DNA of 64,000 nt from positions 2,752,001 to 2,816,000 of the forward strand of contig OZ219926.1 of the NCBI GenBank assembly GCA_964291405.2. The letters run 5' to 3'. This DNA is from Thermodesulfobacteriota bacterium. Its GTDB lineage: Bacteria; Desulfobacterota; Binatia; Bin18. The notes below the pieces were generated by a model. It saw only the letters and a list, made by a program, of their open reading frames with translations. It was not told the DNA's origin and did not search any database. The number at the start of each line of letters is the position of its first letter. The first letter of the stretch is position 1. Made by a program: the position numbers and the translations under genes. Below, piece by piece: positions 20,333 to 29,823 of this stretch.

Positions 20333-21861
20333 GTTCACTGCCGTACAGGCAGCTAAGAAATACACGCTTGATCTCTTTGCCGGTGATTCTGCGTTCACTG
20401 CCGTACAGGCAGCTAAGAAAAGCTAGAGCTAGACGTACAACTGTTGAACCCCGTTCACTGCCGTACAGGCAGCTAAGAAAACCCAGATATGCCGGGCTGT
20501 GGGGTGTGCTGGGTTCACTGCCGTACAGGCAGCTAAGAAAACCCTGGATTCCGTAGCGGCGGGAGACATGGTGTTCACTGCCGTACAGGCAGCTAAGAAA
20601 AGTTGCCTGGCATTTTTGCCGGGGCAGACTATGTTCACTGCCGTACAGGCAGCTAAGAAAACCGTGGAGTGCCGCGCCGTGACCCTGACCGTGTTCACTG
20701 CCGTACAGGCAGCTAAGAAAGCCATATGGTAACCCAGAAGCTGGCCGATGCCGTTCACTGCCGTACAGGCAGCTAAGAAAAGCTTGATCCTCACCGTTCC
20801 CCCTGTCTTAACGTTCACTGCCGTACAGGCAGCTAAGAAAAAATCGTCGGGGACGTAGCGCCTGGACCAAGTGTTCACTGCCGTACAGGCAGCTAAGAAA
20901 TGAAAGCTGCTCAACTCCTGAACCTCCCGACCGTTCACTGCCGTACAGGCAGCTAAGAAATATCGTTGATTGGTGATTCAATGGTCGATTTTGTTCACTG
21001 CCGTACAGGCAGCTAAGAAAAAGCGGAATTCCCAGATGGCCGAGGCGATACGGGTTCACTGCCGTACAGGCAGCTAAGAAAGCTCAGCCTAGAGGAGGAA
21101 GAGCCGATGAAAGGTTCACTGCCGTACAGGCAGCTAAGAAAACCAGCGGCTGACGAAACCCGAACTGCTGGATGTTCACTGCCGTACAGGCAGCTAAGAA
21201 ATTCGCGAAGTCATGTCGAACGACCTGGAGGGCGTTCACTGCCGTACAGGCAGCTAAGAAATATTGGGGGTCGCCATACTTCTATTTATGTTCGTTCACT
21301 GCCGTACAGGCAGCTAAGAAAACCGGGCTTGTCGTGCAGAACGAGGCCGGGACGTTCACTGCCGTACAGGCAGCTAAGAAATCCTCTGCTGTTGGGCATC
21401 CACTATGGATATTGTTCACTGCCGTACAGGCAGCTAAGAAAGTCTGCCTCTGATTACCCGCATTCGGCACTCAGTTCACTGCCGTACAGGCAGCTAAGAA
21501 AAACAAAAGCGAGCAAGACGACACGATGCACACGTTCACTGCCGTACAGGCAGCTAAGAAATATCGACTGGCGCGGCGGGTCAACCAGCTCGTGTTCACT
21601 GCCGTACAGGCAGCTAAGAAAAAGAGCATCAAGTCGGTCCGCTATCCAGTCGCGTTCACTGCCGTACAGGCAGCTAAGAAATTGATGTCGCCGAAGACCG
21701 TAGAGTACTGTCCGTTCACTGCCGTACAGGCAGCTAAGAAAAACGCGACTACGCCCGCAGCGAGCACGGCAAGGTTCACTGCCGTACAGGCAGCTAAGAA
21801 AAGCGAAAGCAGGTGGTTGAGCGCTGTATTGAAGTTCACTGCCGTACAGGCAGCTAAGAAA
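20333..21861 (+). CRISPR. type I-F array: 26 repeats GTTCACTGCCGTACAGGCAGCTAAGAAA, 25 spacers (32 nt, one 33 nt)
   Basis: Exact 28-nt repeats at 60-nt period with a one-base shift after repeat 12. Confidence 0.99.
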
Positions 21862-21905
21862 CTGGAAAATCAAGGACTTATCCAAGAAACCCTGGTGCCC
21901 GGTTT

Positions 21906-21984
21906 GTCACCCCTGTGAAAACAGGGACAGGAATCCAGGCTATCCGCCTACGTCCTCTGGATGCCGGATCACGTCCGACATGAC
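21906..21984. repeat. composite palindromic repeat (GTCACCCCTGTGAAAACAGGG / CTGGATGCCGGATCACGTCCGACATGAC)
   Basis: Modules recur at 23491-23586 and 49546-49723. Confidence 0.75.
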
Positions 21985-22038
21985 GAGAGCGGAGCGGCAG
22001 GGCGACAGCTTGGCGTGAAATGCTCTTATTGAGCGAAA

Positions 22039-22075
22039 GAAGCACCGGCCTTAACGAGCCGGTGAGGACTGAAAC
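22039..22075 (+). CRISPR. orphan 37-nt repeat of a different (I-C/I-B-like) class
   Basis: GAAGCACCGGCCTTAACGAGCCGGTGAGGACTGAAAC: 7-bp stem CACCGGC/GCCGGTG and a 3' end resembling GAGGATTGAAAC. Confidence 0.6.
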
Positions 22076-22139
22076 GCCAAATCAAAAGCCCGTTGCTCTT
22101 CGCCTTGACGAAGGTTCAGGAATGAGAAAAAACTAGACC

Positions 22140-22433
22140 ATGACCGAGTTTGAGACAGCGACGATTGCTTTCCAGAACGCTTCCCTGTGGGCAGCCTCTA
22201 TTCAGGCCGGGATAGCGGGCCTGGTAGGACTGGTGCAATGCGCCTTGATTTTTTACGGCTTAAAGCTGATGCAGCGGAGCAATACCGACCGACAACGCCA
22301 AATGGACCTCGCCGAGAAGCGGCATGAGGAAAGCCTGTCGGCCTTACAGACCCAGACGGGCCTTGCCGAGAAGCGGCATGAGGAAAGCCTGCTCACATTA
22401 CGGACACTGATTGAACGGACCGCACCTCGGTGA
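22140..22433 (+). CDS. small single-TM hypothetical protein with internal duplication
   Basis: Hydrophobic helix followed by two LAEKRHEESL units (27-nt exact repeat, 54-nt period). Confidence 0.7.
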   Translation: MTEFETATIAFQNASLWAASIQAGIAGLVGLVQCALIFYGLKLMQRSNTDRQRQMDLAEKRHEESLSALQTQTGLAEKRHEESLLTLRTLIERTAPR

Positions 22434-22571
22434 CGCGCCCCTCCAAAAAAAGGAACGTCACGAAATGTGCCTAGGCCCCCATCCGACCTTGTCACTATCT
22501 GGGCTGAATGGTAGGGTTCCCCTCGATTTTACGGCTCATCCCTCGACTGGAACATATTCAGGAGTACATAC

Positions 22572-23450
22572 ATGCCCGAACAGCAAACAGACATTTCAGC
22601 CCAACGCGTGACCTATCGCGTCGAAGAAGAACTCACCATTATCGGCGACGCCTGGGGAGACACCGGCAATCCGCCCGTCCTGCTCCTGCACGGCGGCGGC
22701 CAAACGCGCTTTGCCTGGGGAAATACGGCCCGGACCCTGGCCGAGCACGGCTGGTATGCAGTGTCCCTGGACCTGCGTGGGCATGGAGAGAGCGGCTGGG
22801 CTCCGGACGGCAATTACAATATCGAGAAGTTTTCTGCGGACCTCCACGTCGTGCTGGGTCATTTTGACCAACGGCCGGTTCTGGTCGGGGCCTCCCTGGG
22901 CGGCATTACCTCAATGCTGACCGAAGGGGAAGCGCCGCAGCCGGTGAGTGCCGGTGTGGTCCTGGTTGATGTCACGCCGCGGGTGGAGCAGAAGGGCGTG
23001 GACCGCATTCGAGCCTTTATGACCGCCCGACCCGACGGCTTTGAGAGTCTGGAAGAAGTCGCCGATACCATCGCCGCCTATATTCCCCACCGTCCCCGTC
23101 CAAAGGATGTGAGCGGGCTGGCCAAAAACCTGCGTAAGGGAGAGGACGGCCGCTACCGCTGGCACTGGGACCCGGACCTCATGAACCCGGCCCGCTTTCG
23201 GCGCGACCCCGAACGGCTCATGGCCGCGGCCCGCGGGCTGCGGCGAGTGCCGACCCTGCTGGTCCGAGGGAAACTCAGCGATGTGATCAGCGACGAAACG
23301 ACCCAGGAATTTCTCGATGCCGTGCCGCATGCCAAATATATCGATGTGTCTGATGCCGGCCATATGGTCGCCGGGGATAAGAACGACATCTTCAGCCAGG
23401 CGGTCATCGAATTCCTGGCCGATATCAAGACAACCGCGCCGGCCGCTTAG
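22572..23450 (+). CDS. alpha/beta hydrolase
   Basis: HGGGQ, DLRGHGES, GASLGG nucleophile elbow, GHMV. Confidence 0.92.
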   Translation: MPEQQTDISAQRVTYRVEEELTIIGDAWGDTGNPPVLLLHGGGQTRFAWGNTARTLAEHGWYAVSLDLRGHGESGWAPDGNYNIEKFSADLHVVLGHFDQRPVLVGASLGGITSMLTEGEAPQPVSAGVVLVDVTPRVEQKGVDRIRAFMTARPDGFESLEEVADTIAAYIPHRPRPKDVSGLAKNLRKGEDGRYRWHWDPDLMNPARFRRDPERLMAAARGLRRVPTLLVRGKLSDVISDETTQEFLDAVPHAKYIDVSDAGHMVAGDKNDIFSQAVIEFLADIKTTAPAA

Positions 23451-23490
23451 GGCGTTTTCGGGTGGTCTCTCGCCGTTCTCTTGCGTTTTC

Positions 23491-23586
23491 GTCATGCCGG
23501 ACGTGATCCGGCATCCAGTCCTCCGACTTCGCCTTGCTACGCTCAGGACGAACAGGGGGCTGGATTCCTGCCTTCGCAGGAATGAC
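23491..23586. repeat. composite palindromic repeat
   Basis: GTCATGCCGGACGTGATCCGGCATCCAG ... CTGGATTCCTGCCTTCGCAGGAATGAC. Confidence 0.75.
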
Positions 23587-23808
23587 GGGTGGCCACACAG
23601 AAGCGTCGTTTGCTCTGGTCAGGAGCGTTGAGACAGCCGGCCCTACTGCTCCCGGCCCGTGGTGTAAAACTCGTCGTTGGGTCGTATCGTCAGATGAGCC
23701 ATGCGAGGGGACATCCCAGGGCTCGCCAAAAAATCTTGGCTTTCGCAATGGAGCCAGCTAGGCTAGGGGCCTGCTTGCGATCTGTTGTGGGACAAAAGGA
23801 GGGCCATT

Positions 23809-24231
23809 ATGGAAAACAAGCCGGAAAAAACAGCCCTGCAAGACGATTACTCCTACCGGGCGGTCGATGCCTATAACACCCGGATGTACCTCCTGCCATC
23901 GCTTGCTGACCCCGAGCGCCGCGCCGCGCTGATTGCCGAGCACCGCGCCCGTCCGCTGTATGAGGCCGCTCAGCCCGGCAAACCCGCTCCCATGGACAGC
24001 CCGGAGCTGGCCCGTTTGCTGGACCGCCTGCGCGTTGTCCCCCAGCAGGACAAACATGTCATTGTCGAAACGCGCCCCTGGGAGGAATATCGTATTGGTG
24101 TTTTGCCTGGTGTCCGAGGCAAGGCGATTCATATAACGGACGAAGCCTATCCCACTCGTGAAGACGCCGAGCATGCGATTTTCCTCAAACGCCTCAACGC
24201 CTTACTCGACGCCTACGGGATTACAGACTAA
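23809..24231 (+). CDS. dmfA1: N,N-dimethylformamidase small subunit-like protein
   Basis: LIAEHRARP, SPELARLLDRLR, AEHAIFLKRL; directly upstream of the large subunit. Confidence 0.8.
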   Translation: MENKPEKTALQDDYSYRAVDAYNTRMYLLPSLADPERRAALIAEHRARPLYEAAQPGKPAPMDSPELARLLDRLRVVPQQDKHVIVETRPWEEYRIGVLPGVRGKAIHITDEAYPTREDAEHAIFLKRLNALLDAYGITD

Positions 24232-24255
24232 GCCGCGGTTTGTAAGGAGAGACGT

Positions 24256-26631
24256 ATGACGACACTGGGGATTACCGGCTATAGCGACCGTATTTCCGTG
24301 CAGCCCGGGCAGACTATTCAATTCCATGTGCACTCCGAACGCAACGAAGCCTATCGGGCCGATATTGTCCGGCTCATCCATGGCGACACCGATCCTGACG
24401 GTCCCGGCTATAAGGAAGAAGAAATTGTAACCTCAGTAAGCGGTGAGTATCCGGGGCGTCATCAAGCCGTCCACGCCGGCTCGTATATTTGCGTCCCATA
24501 CGATGCACGGTTCGATATCGGCAGTTTCACCCTGATGGCCCTTGTTTTTCCCACGACGCCCACCAAGGGGGTGCAGGGTATTATCACGAAATGGTCCGGA
24601 CCGGAGGAGACGGGCTACGGTCTGTTTATTGATGAGCAGGGTGAGTTGGCCGTGCGGATAGGTCGGGGAAAGGGTGTGGTCGAACAGTTGTCCTCGGGTA
24701 AACCGCTGTTCCGTAAGGTGTGGTATCTGGTGGCGGCAAGCTTTGACGCGGCCAGCGGTCATATGACCCTGGTGCAAGAACCGATTGTGACCAGTACCAA
24801 CACGGGGCACGGGATGCGTTTTATCCATCCCATTGAAGAAACCCGTGCCGCAGTCGAGCGGCTCGGCTCTCCCCAGGTCCCCGCCCCGAATGACTGTCCG
24901 GTGCTGATTGCCGCGGCAACCACCCAGGCACATTCAGGCCGATATATTTGTGGCGGGCATTTCAGCCATGTGCACTCGCCCATCGAGATTCCGGAGCACG
25001 AAGCCAAGTTCAACGGACGGATAGAACGCCCGGCTATCGCCAATCGCGTGCTCAACCGGGCGGAAATCGAACGCGTCCTGCAAGGTCCCCGGCCCCTCCC
25101 GACCGAGCTGCGTCCGGTACTGGTTGCGGCCTGGGATTTTGCGGCCAATATCGTTCCAAACGCGGCCTCCACCCAGGTGCTGGATGATTCCTTGCATCGC
25201 CTGCACGGTCACTGCATCAACATGCCGTCACGCGGCATGCCCGGTCACAACTGGACTGCGGATCATATGAGTTTTTCTGCCGCGCCCCAGGAGTACGGTG
25301 CGATTCATTTTCATGACGACGCCGTAGACGACGCGCGCTGGGAGGTTGATTTTTCCCTGACCGTTCCCGAAGACCTGAAAAGCGGAGTGTACGCCGCCCG
25401 ACTGCGTTTGGGCGGGCGGGACGCGCCCGGTAGTGAAGACTACATCCCGTTCATTGTTCGTCCCCCGACAGGCAGACCCACCGCCAAAATCGCGGTTATT
25501 ATTCCCACGGCCAGCTATATGGCCTATGCCAACGAAAATCTCAGTGCGGACTCACAGGTCGCCCAACTCCTGACCGGTCGCGTGCCGCTGATGCAGCCCG
25601 GAGATCTCTTGCTCCAGGAAAAGGATGGCTACGGCTACGGCACCTACACCGTTCATAGTGACGGCTGGGGGGTGCATATCTCCTCGCGTCTGCGGCCCAT
25701 TCTCAATATGCGGCCTAAATACACGCATGTGCTGTCGCCGTCGGTCTGGCAACTGAACGCCGACCTGCATCTGACCGACTGGCTTGAAGCCATGGCGTTC
25801 GACTTTGATGTGCACACGGATGAAGACCTGCAACGCGAAGGGGTCGAACTGCTCAAGCAGTACCGCGTCGTACTGACCTGTCATCATCCCGAATACTGCT
25901 CGGAAGAAATGCTGGACGCCTACGAAGCCTACCAACAGCAAGGCGGTCGCTGGCTGTATCTGGCGGCCAACGGTTTTTACTGGTGTACGGTGTTTCACCC
26001 CGACAATCCCGCTCTCATCGAGGTGCGCAAAGGCGACAACGGTACGCGGGCCTGGACCATCAGCCCAGGGGAGTATTGCAACGCCTTTGACGGAAAACAC
26101 GGTGGCCTGTGGCGGGTGCGAGGCCGGAATATGAGTAAGCTGACCGGCGTAAGTTTTACCTCGTTCGGTCTGACGGCCTCAAGCTATTACCGCCGAGCCC
26201 CGGACAGCTTCCGGCAGGAATGTGCCTGGATGTTTGCAGGCATCGGCGAAGACGAGCCGATTGGAAATTTCGGTCTGGTCGGAGGTGGAGCCGCCGGGCT
26301 GGAGCTCGACCGCTACGACCTGGAACTCGGGACGCCCCACAATGCCTTTCTGCTCGCCCACTCCGAGGGCCATAACGATATTTTCGTGACAGTCTCAGAG
26401 GAATCGACGTTCAACGCGCGCGGCTATTTTGCGGCCGGTGGCACCGGCGACCAGAATCCCTATATCCGGGCGGACATTGTCTACTTCAAGACGCCGAATA
26501 ACGGGGCGGTGTTCTCGGCCAGCTCCATGGCCTGGTGTGGCAGCCTCTCACACAACAACTACGACAATAATGTGTCGCGTCTGACTGCCAATGTCATTCG
26601 CGGCTTTCTCCAGGATGGGCCGTTGCCGTGA
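24256..26631 (+). CDS. dmfA2: N,N-dimethylformamidase large subunit-like protein
   Basis: GYSDRISV, YGAIHFHDD, SYMAYANE, YTVHSDG, HPEY, GLELDR, DNNVSRLTANV. Confidence 0.88.
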   Translation: MTTLGITGYSDRISVQPGQTIQFHVHSERNEAYRADIVRLIHGDTDPDGPGYKEEEIVTSVSGEYPGRHQAVHAGSYICVPYDARFDIGSFTLMALVFPTTPTKGVQGIITKWSGPEETGYGLFIDEQGELAVRIGRGKGVVEQLSSGKPLFRKVWYLVAASFDAASGHMTLVQEPIVTSTNTGHGMRFIHPIEETRAAVERLGSPQVPAPNDCPVLIAAATTQAHSGRYICGGHFSHVHSPIEIPEHEAKFNGRIERPAIANRVLNRAEIERVLQGPRPLPTELRPVLVAAWDFAANIVPNAASTQVLDDSLHRLHGHCINMPSRGMPGHNWTADHMSFSAAPQEYGAIHFHDDAVDDARWEVDFSLTVPEDLKSGVYAARLRLGGRDAPGSEDYIPFIVRPPTGRPTAKIAVIIPTASYMAYANENLSADSQVAQLLTGRVPLMQPGDLLLQEKDGYGYGTYTVHSDGWGVHISSRLRPILNMRPKYTHVLSPSVWQLNADLHLTDWLEAMAFDFDVHTDEDLQREGVELLKQYRVVLTCHHPEYCSEEMLDAYEAYQQQGGRWLYLAANGFYWCTVFHPDNPALIEVRKGDNGTRAWTISPGEYCNAFDGKHGGLWRVRGRNMSKLTGVSFTSFGLTASSYYRRAPDSFRQECAWMFAGIGEDEPIGNFGLVGGGAAGLELDRYDLELGTPHNAFLLAHSEGHNDIFVTVSEESTFNARGYFAAGGTGDQNPYIRADIVYFKTPNNGAVFSASSMAWCGSLSHNNYDNNVSRLTANVIRGFLQDGPLP

Positions 26632-26677
26632 GGAAAATATTGCAGAGGGGTACTGGCAAGCCTGTGTCGGTCTTGTA

Positions 26678-26971
26678 TTAAGCGGCATGCTCAACGGCTT
26701 CCTCAAGAAGTTCATGCAGCAAGGTTTGGTACGGTTTTTGTCTCTTTGCCGCCAGTTTCCGTAGTTTGGTCAGCAGTCCGGGATCGAGCCGGATCGCGAT
26801 TAATTGCTTGGAGCGATCTTTCCTGGGCCGACCAACGCGCCGGCCCCGTAACAGCTCGTCATCACTCATCTCCGGAATATCGCTGAAGTCAATTTTGGAG
26901 TCTGGCATATGCCGCACGTTCTTTACGCGACGCTTGGCGTGCGCTGATGATTCGGGTTGTTTCTGTGCCAT
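26678..26971 (-). CDS. brnA: BrnA family antitoxin
   Basis: IDFSDIPE, GRPR, IAIRLD, YQTLLHELL. Confidence 0.85.
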   Translation of the reverse strand: MAQKQPESSAHAKRRVKNVRHMPDSKIDFSDIPEMSDDELLRGRRVGRPRKDRSKQLIAIRLDPGLLTKLRKLAAKRQKPYQTLLHELLEEAVEHAA

Positions 26972-26992
26972 TTATATATCCCAGGGGAACAT
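26972..26992 (-). pseudogene. possible BrnT toxin 5' remnant (MFPWDI*)
   Basis: Resembles the BrnT M-F-x-W-D start, abuts the brnA ATG, and has a GTATATAC palindrome just upstream. Confidence 0.45.
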
Positions 26993-27095
26993 ATTTCCGT
27001 ATATACAAAAATATAGAGAAAGAAGGACGATTATTCCACCTTCCTCCCAACGAGCACTCTTATTTGCTTGGGAGAAAGACCGATAGAGGCGTGAG

Positions 27096-27674
27096 ATGAA
27101 ACCGCTCACCCGCTGCGCGTGGGCCAAAAACGCACTGGCGATTCAGTACCACGACGAGGAATGGGGCGTACCGGTGCACGACGACCGGACCTTGTTCGAG
27201 TTTCTCATCCTCGAAGGAGCCCAGGCCGGCCTGAGTTGGGACACCATTCTTAGGAAGCGCGTCCACTATCGGACCGTCTTTAACCACTTCGACCCCGTTC
27301 GTGTCGCCCGCTACACCCCGCGCAAAGTTGAGCGGCTGCTGGCCGACCCCGGTATCGTACGAAACCGGCTGAAGGTCGAGTCCGCCATAAAGAACGCGAA
27401 CGCCCTTCTCGCTGTCCAGAAAGAGGCGGGCAGTTTCGATGCCTACATCTGGCAGTTTGTCGGTGGGCGGCCGCATCAGAACACGTGGCGCACCCTGCAA
27501 GAGATCCCGGCGCGCACCGCGCAGTCGGACGCGATGAGCAAGGACCTCAAAAAGCGTGGTTTCTCTTTTGTGGGGTCAACAATCTGTTACGCCTTCATGC
27601 AGGCCACCGGCATGGTCAACGACCACACCACAGACTGTTTTCGGTATGCTGAAGTGGAATCCCTTAGCCCGTAA
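27096..27674 (+). CDS. tag: DNA-3-methyladenine glycosylase I
   Basis: RCAWA, YHDEEWG, LEGAQAGLSW, MQATGMVNDHTTDC. Confidence 0.96.
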   Translation: MKPLTRCAWAKNALAIQYHDEEWGVPVHDDRTLFEFLILEGAQAGLSWDTILRKRVHYRTVFNHFDPVRVARYTPRKVERLLADPGIVRNRLKVESAIKNANALLAVQKEAGSFDAYIWQFVGGRPHQNTWRTLQEIPARTAQSDAMSKDLKKRGFSFVGSTICYAFMQATGMVNDHTTDCFRYAEVESLSP

Positions 27675-28674
27675 TGACGATCTTGCCGAAATGCGTGGCG
27701 CTTTCCATGAGTTTCAGGGCCTCTTGGGCTTCCTCAAACGGATACACCCGATCAATCACCGGTTTGATCTGATTCACGGCCATGGCCGTGTTCATCTCTT
27801 CAAACATCTCGCGTGAGCCAACATAGACACCTTGGAGTCGAAGGCTCTTCATCAGCACCGGAATGGGATTCACCTCACCATCCGTGCCGGCCAGAATCCC
27901 GATCAGTCCAATAAAGCCACCGACCCGCGTGGCCTCCATCGACTGCACCAGCGTCCCGGCCCCGGCCACTTCGACCACCTGATCAACCCCCACCCCATCG
28001 GTGAGTTCCAACACCTTTTTGCCCCACTCTGGTGTGGTCCTGTAATTAATGACTTCGGACGCGCCGAGCTGTGTGGCGCGTTCGAGTTTTTCGTCACTGC
28101 TCGATGTAATAATCGTGCGCATCCCGGCGGCTTTGGCAAATTGAAGGGCAAAGATCGAGACGCCCCCGGTTCCCAGAATCAAGATCGTGTCACCGGCTTT
28201 CATATTGCCCAGCGTGACCATACTCTGCCAGGCGGTGACCGCGGCGCAGGGCAGGGTGGCCGCGTCTTCATACGTCATATAATCGGGGATCGTCACAACC
28301 CCGTCTTCGTGCAAGATGACCAGTTCGGCCCACATGCCGTCCACGGCACCGCCGAGCGCCGAGGCCGCATGGGACGCGTCCGGCCCACCGGCCAGCCAGT
28401 TCTGAAAGAAAATACCTGCGACCCGGTCGCCCGGTTTGACCCGCGTCACGCCCGCGCCCGTGGCAACCACCTCGCCCGCGCCGTCGGACAGGGGAATCAA
28501 CGGCATCTTGAGGCCCCGCATCCCGCCGTATTTGACGGTCATGAGGTCCCGATAATTGAGTGACGTGGCTTTGACCCGGATAGCAATCTGACCGTAACCG
28601 GGCTGCGGGTCTGGCCGGTCCGTGAGGGTTAAATTTTCAATGCCAAATTCCTGATTGATCTGCCACGCACGCAT
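27664..28674 (-). CDS. NAD(P)-dependent medium-chain dehydrogenase/reductase
   Basis: SLNYRD, PLSDGAG, GTGGVS, HFGKIVI. Confidence 0.9.
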   Translation of the reverse strand: MRAWQINQEFGIENLTLTDRPDPQPGYGQIAIRVKATSLNYRDLMTVKYGGMRGLKMPLIPLSDGAGEVVATGAGVTRVKPGDRVAGIFFQNWLAGGPDASHAASALGGAVDGMWAELVILHEDGVVTIPDYMTYEDAATLPCAAVTAWQSMVTLGNMKAGDTILILGTGGVSIFALQFAKAAGMRTIITSSSDEKLERATQLGASEVINYRTTPEWGKKVLELTDGVGVDQVVEVAGAGTLVQSMEATRVGGFIGLIGILAGTDGEVNPIPVLMKSLRLQGVYVGSREMFEEMNTAMAVNQIKPVIDRVYPFEEAQEALKLMESATHFGKIVITG

Positions 28675-28701
28675 GTCAGTAACTCCTTGTGGATTCGTTT
28701 T

Positions 28702-29718
28702 TTATGCGGAAAACGCTTTGACTATCGAGCGCCAGCGGGCATCATTTACGCCCGGACGGTCGGGATGATAGAAGGCTACCCGGTCGAGCAAGCCGTCGTA
28801 TTTTTCTTTGAGCATGGCCGGGATTTCATCCGGGGAGCCGGTCACCGCATACTCGTCCAGCATTTCGTCGGTCACGTCGTTGGCCATGGCCTGCCACTCG
28901 CCCTTGGCTGCTTTGGCGTTCAGGCGGAGACACACGTCACCCCAACCGTGGACGTCCAGCACCGGTTGATACGTTCGGGTAGAGGCATAGAACGCAATCT
29001 GCATGCGCACCTTTTCGCGCATAGCGTCCGTCTCTTTTTGCGTGTCGCCCATAATGACGAAGGACGAGCTTGAGACCACAATGTCTTTTCGGCTGCGACC
29101 GGATTTCCGCGCCCCCTCTTCGATCTGGGGGATCACCCGTTCACGCAGAAATTTCGCAGAGTGAAACGGGTGGGCGTGAAAGCCGTCGCACAGCTCGCCC
29201 GCCAAACGGCAGATATACGGGTTCACCCCGGCAATATAGATAGGAATCTGCGGATGGTCGATTTTCCCTGGTGAAAAGGCCGGGGTCATCAGCGTATGCT
29301 GATAAAACTCGCCCTGAAAGTCCAACGGCGTGCCGTTTTGCCAGCAGTCCCAAATCGCCCGCAGCGCCAGAACAATCTCGCGCAACTTCGGACCCGGTGA
29401 TTCCCATTTCACGCTATACCGCCGTTGATTGTGGCCCTTCACCTGGGTGCCGAGTCCCAGAACAAAGCGCCCGTTTGAGGCGCGTTGCAGGTCCCAGGCC
29501 GTGTAGGCCAACGACATCGGGCTGCGCGGAAACGACAAGGCAATCGCCGTGCCGAGAGTCAGCTTGGTGGTGGCGGTCGCCGAGACGGCAAGCGAAAGAA
29601 AGGGGTCGTGCTGGTTCTCCATGCTCCACACCCCATCAAAACCCATGTCCTCGGCATTACGCGCAATCGCAATCGCCTCGTCGAGTGAGCGGGCAGTCAG
29701 TAAGCTGTCAAGTTTCAT
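28702..29718 (-). CDS. LLM class, probable F420-dependent oxidoreductase (TIGR03617-like)
   Basis: HDPFL, FPRSPM, LGLGTQVKGH, FYASTRTY. Confidence 0.88.
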   Translation of the reverse strand: MKLDSLLTARSLDEAIAIARNAEDMGFDGVWSMENQHDPFLSLAVSATATTKLTLGTAIALSFPRSPMSLAYTAWDLQRASNGRFVLGLGTQVKGHNQRRYSVKWESPGPKLREIVLALRAIWDCWQNGTPLDFQGEFYQHTLMTPAFSPGKIDHPQIPIYIAGVNPYICRLAGELCDGFHAHPFHSAKFLRERVIPQIEEGARKSGRSRKDIVVSSSSFVIMGDTQKETDAMREKVRMQIAFYASTRTYQPVLDVHGWGDVCLRLNAKAAKGEWQAMANDVTDEMLDEYAVTGSPDEIPAMLKEKYDGLLDRVAFYHPDRPGVNDARWRSIVKAFSA

Positions 29719-29823
29719 ATGTATCCTTCCCCGTTACGTGGCGGATCGGCGTGACTGGATCGTAGTAGGCCGCGCGTTGCAGCCGCTCTCTTATCAGTTC
29801 CCCGCCAGATGTCCTAGAGTGGG

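Noticed and set aside
20361-21833. Self-targeting spacers
   Set aside because: None spotted by eye within the window; an alignment is needed to exclude them
20299-21918. Repetitive ORFs (SLPYRQLR, FTAVQAAK, FLSCLYGSE)
   Set aside because: Translations of the CRISPR repeat
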